Assembly: GCA_030753015.1 (NCBI GenBank)
Contig: JASMDC010000003.1
Coordinates: forward strand, 1-64,000
Direction: 5' to 3'
Origin: Candidatus Undinarchaeales archaeon
Lineage (GTDB): Archaea > SpSt-1190 > JASMDC01
DNA: 64,000 nt
The notes beneath the pieces are model-generated. The model made no database searches. It saw only the letters and a list, made by a program, of their open reading frames with translations, and was not told where the DNA came from. The position numbers and the translations under genes are program-made. Of this stretch, positions 58,524 through 64,000 are shown piece by piece (positions within the stretch are counted from its first letter, which is position 1; every line of letters starts with the position of its first letter).

Positions 58524-60158
58524 ATGCTCGAAGAACAGGTGTTCATAATCGTGATGGTCATCCTACTTGTGACCATTGTCGGTGGCGGGGTTTCTGCCTG
58601 GTTCAAGTTCACCGAGTCCATTGAGAGCGACGTCGAGTACCGGGCTGCCGTCAAGGTGGCGCACAGACTCGCAGGCTCATCACAATGCCTCACCTACCTC
58701 TCCGCGACACAACGCGCGAGCAAGAACGTGCTCGACGCCAACAAGCTCAAGCTCGCCAACGAGGTCTACGGCAGCGACCGTTCCAAGGGGCTCTTCTCCC
58801 TTGGGGGTCTCATGGGACTCGGGAGCGCTGACGGGAACCTCCCCCGCGAGCATCCGTGCGCCTTCCTCATGGGATTCCGATGGCAGGCCCATATAGTTGA
58901 TCTTGAGTTCTTCACCGACATGGAAGAGGAACAGCGAGAGGAGCTCTCTGAACGGTACGGCTGCCTCCTAGCTAAGGACTCGTGCTTATGGGATATGGGG
59001 AAACCCTTTAGCTTCACACCGCGCCTTGAGCACCTTGAGGCGAAGGACGCCGAGGAACGAAGCGATGATCACTTCTGCAGCGGCCAGGACTGGTGCGCGA
59101 GCATGAAGAACAGCTTGGATAAATGTCTCAGTAAGGGGGATGAGGACCTCAAAGGGCTGACGAATCCAACGGCCCCGGTGAAGATCCCGATCACAATCGC
59201 TATCACCAATGAGATCGGCCAGCTCGAGAAGCATATGGGCTATCTCCAGGTCGTGGTCATACCCAGCGATCGCCACTGCACCCGCGAGGACTACGGGGAG
59301 CGCGCATTTTACATGGGTGAGAACACGGCGATAATCGGTAAAGAATGCTGTCTCTTCGACCTCCAGGAAGGCGTATGCCGCGGAAACCTGCGAGCCGCGC
59401 AAGCGGTCCAGGCCAAGTTCGCCCGCACGGTGTACATTTTCTCAGGGGTCGGGACGCTCGCCAACCTAATAACCGGCCACTGCCCCGAGTACGAGTACCT
59501 CGCGAAGGATGATTACATCGCTTGTGGCTGTGAGAACAAGGGGCAGCCAATGGAGGTCATCGGCGTCGATGGCCCTCCAGTGGTCGGCACCGGTTGCCCG
59601 CGGAACAACTTCTTTGCCGTAAAGGTACAGAACCGTAACTGGGAGAAGCCTGCCACCGTGAAGGCCATCAAGCTCACTGTAGGGGGTAACGACTATCTGC
59701 CCTGCACGAAGGACACTTGTGGTCTGCCGACGGGAACGATCTGGGTGAATCCCTCCGAGGAGGTCGATCCCCGCTCGGTGGCCACCTACGTGTTCGGGGT
59801 GCCGGCCGAGGACCTTTCCGGCGACGAGGCCGAGGTCACCGTCACCATGGAGTATTCTGTCCCCAAGATTTCCTCACCCTACAAGAAGCCCAAGGACTGC
59901 CGGGAGTCGGGACACCTGTACGTGTGCACTCACATCCTCAAAGCGACCTATCCCGCCACCGGGTGCGTCGGGGAGGGATTGAAGGACGCGTGCATGGGCC
60001 AGATATGCAGCAAGGATCAGGTGTGCTGTTCTGCGGGTGGATGCATTTCCAAGGAGCGCAAGAACCATTGCGAGGCGGCGGTGACTGGGTGGGACAGCCT
60101 GAAGAAGGAAGGCGAGGCCCTCATGAAGGGCAGTCAGGAGGGCGAGAAAGATGCATAG
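58524..60158 (+). CDS. N-terminally anchored Cys-rich exported protein (544 aa)
   Basis: N-terminal TM, many Cys, Ig-like segment near the C-terminus. Confidence 0.75.
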   Translation: MLEEQVFIIVMVILLVTIVGGGVSAWFKFTESIESDVEYRAAVKVAHRLAGSSQCLTYLSATQRASKNVLDANKLKLANEVYGSDRSKGLFSLGGLMGLGSADGNLPREHPCAFLMGFRWQAHIVDLEFFTDMEEEQREELSERYGCLLAKDSCLWDMGKPFSFTPRLEHLEAKDAEERSDDHFCSGQDWCASMKNSLDKCLSKGDEDLKGLTNPTAPVKIPITIAITNEIGQLEKHMGYLQVVVIPSDRHCTREDYGERAFYMGENTAIIGKECCLFDLQEGVCRGNLRAAQAVQAKFARTVYIFSGVGTLANLITGHCPEYEYLAKDDYIACGCENKGQPMEVIGVDGPPVVGTGCPRNNFFAVKVQNRNWEKPATVKAIKLTVGGNDYLPCTKDTCGLPTGTIWVNPSEEVDPRSVATYVFGVPAEDLSGDEAEVTVTMEYSVPKISSPYKKPKDCRESGHLYVCTHILKATYPATGCVGEGLKDACMGQICSKDQVCCSAGGCISKERKNHCEAAVTGWDSLKKEGEALMKGSQEGEKDA

Positions 60159-60750
60159 GGAGTCCATCCGACGTCTCCTCGCCCGGGCGCGTCGGACCCG
60201 CCGCGGAATGGGGATGGGCACGGCCTTCACCGCGGGCCTCACCATCATGACCGTGGGGCTCGCCCTCATCGTCGCGACATCCCGCATCAAGGTCAACGTC
60301 ATGCTTGCAGAGGAGCAGGCATGGGATCCCACCTACCAGCTCCTACTCTCGCTGGCCGAGTCCACCGTTGTGATACGTGAGGGCGACCATCGTGCGGTGC
60401 TGAGCACGTTCGACATCCTCTCCATGGTGGGAGCGACACAACAGTCCAAGGTCGTCGTTCGGGTTGGTGGTAAGAGCATTACCGTTGACGTGAACGAACT
60501 GCTGGAGAAGAAGCTCAAACGTCCTTTCCAGCTCATCGGCCGGAACCAGGTCCATATCGTGCTCACGGATATGGACCAGAAGAAGGTCATCGTTGAGTAC
60601 CCGCGGCGCAACACCGTGGACTATCGTGCCTGGCTGGAGAAGGAGAACTTCGAAGTAAGCCGCGTGACCTCGGCCCGTATGCTCGTCCCGCTCCCTGACG
60701 GCACATCCACGGCCACGCTCCTCCTCCAGTATGCGGAGGTGTACTCATGA
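60151..60750 (+). CDS. Prepilin-like protein
   Basis: RRTRRG|MGMG then hydrophobic helix. Confidence 0.73.
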   Translation: MHRESIRRLLARARRTRRGMGMGTAFTAGLTIMTVGLALIVATSRIKVNVMLAEEQAWDPTYQLLLSLAESTVVIREGDHRAVLSTFDILSMVGATQQSKVVVRVGGKSITVDVNELLEKKLKRPFQLIGRNQVHIVLTDMDQKKVIVEYPRRNTVDYRAWLEKENFEVSRVTSARMLVPLPDGTSTATLLLQYAEVYS

Positions 60751-62039
60751 TGCGACGCCGTCTCAACGTCGGCCGGTCCCGCTCGGCAGTTGGCTGGTTC
60801 CTATGGCTCGCTCACGCGACCCGCGGCGTTGCCCCGGCAGTGCTCATGCTCGGTGCATCGGTCGCGCTCACCATCGGGATGTCCATGTACGTCACTGCCA
60901 AGCTCCAGGGGGACGCGGTCGTGAAGTCCATTACCCAAGAGGCGAAGATACTCAAGCGGATCCATATCAACGAGGCCGCGCGGCTCTACGCACGCCAATC
61001 CATCAGGACCGTTGTGAACCAGGCAGTGGCCGATGTTCTGCGTTACGGTGGTTTCACGGACCCCGCCTTCACCGCTCTTGGGACCGTGACCATAAGTCAG
61101 AGCAAGGTCGTGCTGCTCGAGAAATGCGAGCAACAAGGGGGAGGTGATGTGACGTGGAAGAAAGCGTGCGAGCAGGAGCTCGATCCGTTCCTGGAGGGCG
61201 ACATCACGGTCATAACGGAACGCGCTCGCGAGAGCATAGGTCAGCTTGTGCCCGAACGGATCGGGGCCGCCGTAGCAGCACATAACCGCGAGGACCAGGA
61301 CGCCATGATTCGTCTCACCTCGCCGGACATCCATATGGACTTCAACGATGATGCCGTGTCTGTTATCGTCCCGCTCAACATCACTACCTACCTTTCCAAC
61401 AAGATGGGCGTTGTCTCCTCGCCCGACTATGTTTCCGAGACGGTGCAGGTGCGCATGATGAGGCTCTTTGAGATCGGGCTGGAGGTTTCACGATTGGACC
61501 TTCACGAGCGTAGCCAAGAGGCACTGTGCGGCGTGTGCGACCGCTATCCCGATCGGCGCCCGATGGCAAAGGACCTGCGTACCATCATGGACGAGGCCCT
61601 TGACAAGATCGAGGAAGAGTATGCCGAGGAGTATGCCGACGATGGTATCACGATCTCCATCTCCCTTGTCGAAGGGACCCAGTTCCACATCTTACCGACG
61701 GCAAAGCCCTTCGATCGGGTCGAGGAGGATGGTGTGTCGGTCGTTAGCTGGAATGAACCGGAAGCGGATGACGCACCAGTTCCCTGGCAACTGTACATGA
61801 ACGGCGAGGTGGCCGAGGATCCTGCGAGCGGAAAGAAGAGCGGTCGATACGGCCTGGGCGCCGATCTTGTCATCCATGTCCGTGCAGAGGACCAGCGGAC
61901 CTACCTCCCTTATTTGGTACAGCGTGGCACGAAGATAGACTACGAGTACCGGCCCATCGCTGTGGAGTTCGTGCTCAAGAAGCGTGTGTGGGAGGGCGAC
62001 GACTCGAAGTGCTCCCTCACAGCCGAGTGCGAGGGATAG
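60747..62039 (+). CDS. Large prepilin-like protein
   Basis: ATRG|VAP then hydrophobic helix; long helix ending in L.YGG, then beta-rich domain. Confidence 0.73.
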   Translation: MMRRRLNVGRSRSAVGWFLWLAHATRGVAPAVLMLGASVALTIGMSMYVTAKLQGDAVVKSITQEAKILKRIHINEAARLYARQSIRTVVNQAVADVLRYGGFTDPAFTALGTVTISQSKVVLLEKCEQQGGGDVTWKKACEQELDPFLEGDITVITERARESIGQLVPERIGAAVAAHNREDQDAMIRLTSPDIHMDFNDDAVSVIVPLNITTYLSNKMGVVSSPDYVSETVQVRMMRLFEIGLEVSRLDLHERSQEALCGVCDRYPDRRPMAKDLRTIMDEALDKIEEEYAEEYADDGITISISLVEGTQFHILPTAKPFDRVEEDGVSVVSWNEPEADDAPVPWQLYMNGEVAEDPASGKKSGRYGLGADLVIHVRAEDQRTYLPYLVQRGTKIDYEYRPIAVEFVLKKRVWEGDDSKCSLTAECEG

Positions 62040-62128
62040 GGCGATAACGGATTACTGAAGGGCGAATCCCCCTCGATTTGCGAAAAAGTTATAGGGGGGG
62101 ACGTGAGCTTGCATGCAATCTCAGAGTA

Positions 62129-63010
62129 ATGAAAATGACGTGGCCAACGATCAGTCTGCCAAAGGACCCCGAACTAGAGGAGAAATATTTTCACGAGCTC
62201 GAGGAAGATATAATCCAGATAGAGAAGGAAGCAGGGCTCCTGGAAAAGAACGCGCCCTTCCGTAAGTACGAAAAGGAGTATTTCAAAGAGATCGGAAATA
62301 GCGCAACTCCTGTGAAGGCAAGTAGAGTAATCGAAGCTGCAAGCAGCGCAGATATTGTATATCTGGGAGATTACCATTTTTCACCTGAATGCCAAGATGT
62401 ACAACTGGCCGTTCTCGACGCCATGGCGGCGAAGAGTGCGAAGGATGGGCGGCCTCTCCACCTTGCAGTTGAGTTTTTTGCAGAGCCCTATCAGGACGCT
62501 GTGGACGAATACCTCGCTGGGAAGCTCACGCCGGGCCAGCTAGCACACCGTACGAATTTCGACGAGGAGATGGGTGTGAACTTCGAGAGCTATGTGCGGC
62601 TCCTTGACTACGCACGGGACCATGGGATCGCAGTTCACGCGACGGAGTACTCGAGGGATGATCGGAAGGGTAAGGATCTCTACGCAAGGGACGAGCACGC
62701 AGCGAATTCAATCGTCAATCTATTCGATAATGATGAAGTTGAACGGCCGCGCGTGGCAGTCGTGTACGGTACCTATCATACAAGTCCTGGACATCTCCCG
62801 AAGCAGGTCGATAGACGACTTGATGAACCTACAAGAAATGTGAGCATCATAAGCTCTGCCCCGGACATATACTGGTCACTGGCATATAGCATGCCCGGTG
62901 AAGACCTCGAGGCGGCCCGGGTGAAAGAAGATGTCTTCTACGTTCCAGAGGTAAGCGAGACGGAGCACAGCGAACGCTACCTTAACAACTTAGATGCGTG
63001 CCAACTCTGA
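62129..63010 (+). CDS. ChaN/EreA-like fold protein
   Basis: ADIVYLGDYH...Q...LAVEFF...Q..VDEYL.G...Y..LL.YAR.HGI.V.A...RDE...V.YG.YH. Confidence 0.7.
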   Translation: MKMTWPTISLPKDPELEEKYFHELEEDIIQIEKEAGLLEKNAPFRKYEKEYFKEIGNSATPVKASRVIEAASSADIVYLGDYHFSPECQDVQLAVLDAMAAKSAKDGRPLHLAVEFFAEPYQDAVDEYLAGKLTPGQLAHRTNFDEEMGVNFESYVRLLDYARDHGIAVHATEYSRDDRKGKDLYARDEHAANSIVNLFDNDEVERPRVAVVYGTYHTSPGHLPKQVDRRLDEPTRNVSIISSAPDIYWSLAYSMPGEDLEAARVKEDVFYVPEVSETEHSERYLNNLDACQL

Positions 63011-63064
63011 GACCGCGGTCTGTTCGCGTCCATTTTTTAAGCATTGAACTACTCAAGTCGCTCC

Positions 63065-64000
63065 GTGCTGGAGCGGAAGCGGGATAACCTGCGTTTCCTC
63101 CTGGACGAACTGGAGGGGTGGAAGGAGAGCGAGCTCATAACTTGTGAGCAGCACGAGACTCTTGCCAAGCGCTATAAAGAGCGCCTCGACTTAATCGAGA
63201 AGGAGACCACGGGCGAGGACGCGGTCTACCTGGAAGAGGCTTACGGGACCTGGCTCGTTCGTTTGGGCACGATGGCGGTGCTCGCGGCCTTCTCCATTAT
63301 AGCTGCCTACTCGATGGGGTGGTTCACGTCCGGCCAGAAAGTACTCCTTACCTTCCTAGGATCGGGATTATTCTGCGGTCTGGCCATTAAGCTTCGATCC
63401 GCGCTCAGAGAGACACTGTCCAACGCCCTGCTCTTTATTGGGGGCTCTCTCCTCGTAGCGGCTATCGGACTCCTATATTCCTTCGACTTCGTTGGAGCTG
63501 GAGTGGAGGCCCTTCTTCAGCTTGGAGCGGCAGTTGCGCTTGTCAAGCTTGCCGAGCGCTTCGACTCCATATGGGTGCTAATCGAGGGGATGAGCACTGC
63601 GGTGGGCGCGGGGACCCTCCTGTATCAAGAGGTGCTCCCCGAAATAGTCGTCTTACTGTGTGCTGCCGTGACCTGCGCTTGGTTCGCCCATCGCGTCATC
63701 GAGCGCTCACCCGCGGCCTTGGCGTACGACCTGTTCGTCTCGTTCTTCGTACTCGGATTCCTTGCGTGGGAGATACTGGAGATCCTGCAAGAGCACTGGA
63801 CGAACTTCCATTGGTACCTGATCCCGCTGTCGCTCCTTATCTATTCGGTCATCCTCCTTGTCACGGCTCCGCGCGTGAAGCGGAAGCATGGCGGGTGGTC
63901 AGCCGTTCCCTTCTACTTGGCAGGATGTGCCGGGACCGCCATCATGTGGGGCATGTTCGTCCTCGATTTTAGCAGGGCCATGGACTTTACGGCGCCAGTG
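63065..64000 (+). CDS. DUF2157-like polytopic membrane protein, runs off the window
   Basis: Manual translation: LLDELEGWKESELITCEQHETLAKRY followed by many TM helices. Confidence 0.7.
   Translation, partial: MLERKRDNLRFLLDELEGWKESELITCEQHETLAKRYKERLDLIEKETTGEDAVYLEEAYGTWLVRLGTMAVLAAFSIIAAYSMGWFTSGQKVLLTFLGSGLFCGLAIKLRSALRETLSNALLFIGGSLLVAAIGLLYSFDFVGAGVEALLQLGAAVALVKLAERFDSIWVLIEGMSTAVGAGTLLYQEVLPEIVVLLCAAVTCAWFAHRVIERSPAALAYDLFVSFFVLGFLAWEILEILQEHWTNFHWYLIPLSLLIYSVILLVTAPRVKRKHGGWSAVPFYLAGCAGTAIMWGMFVLDFSRAMDFTAPV

Overview
Chromosomal segment of a GC-rich archaeon. Archaeal markers include cdc6/orc1-PolD DP1-DP2, thermosome, archaeal ValRS, AK6, a PUA protein, CofE and ScpA/ScpB. The surface-protein repertoire looks DPANN-like, but the lineage cannot be fixed from this window. 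The left part (1-28 kb) is housekeeping, with an intact IS1182-family element and a probable replication origin (ORB boxes, ~19.96-21.06 kb) upstream of cdc6. After DP2 comes an AT-rich patch holding a truncated IS1-type zinc-ribbon/HTH gene, bracketed by five copies of a 21-bp motif (TGAC-N4-TAATTTACTGRTA). Two more copies occur 22 kb away, upstream of a pilin-like gene array. The right part (30-62 kb) is a cell-surface island: an ABC exporter with a beta-propeller/FG-GAP protein, two giant cysteine-rich exported proteins (1678 and 2399 aa), and about 19 co-oriented small genes, most with class III (prepilin-type) signal peptides. I found no tRNA, rRNA or CRISPR array. All calls come from reading motifs by eye; no database searches were run.
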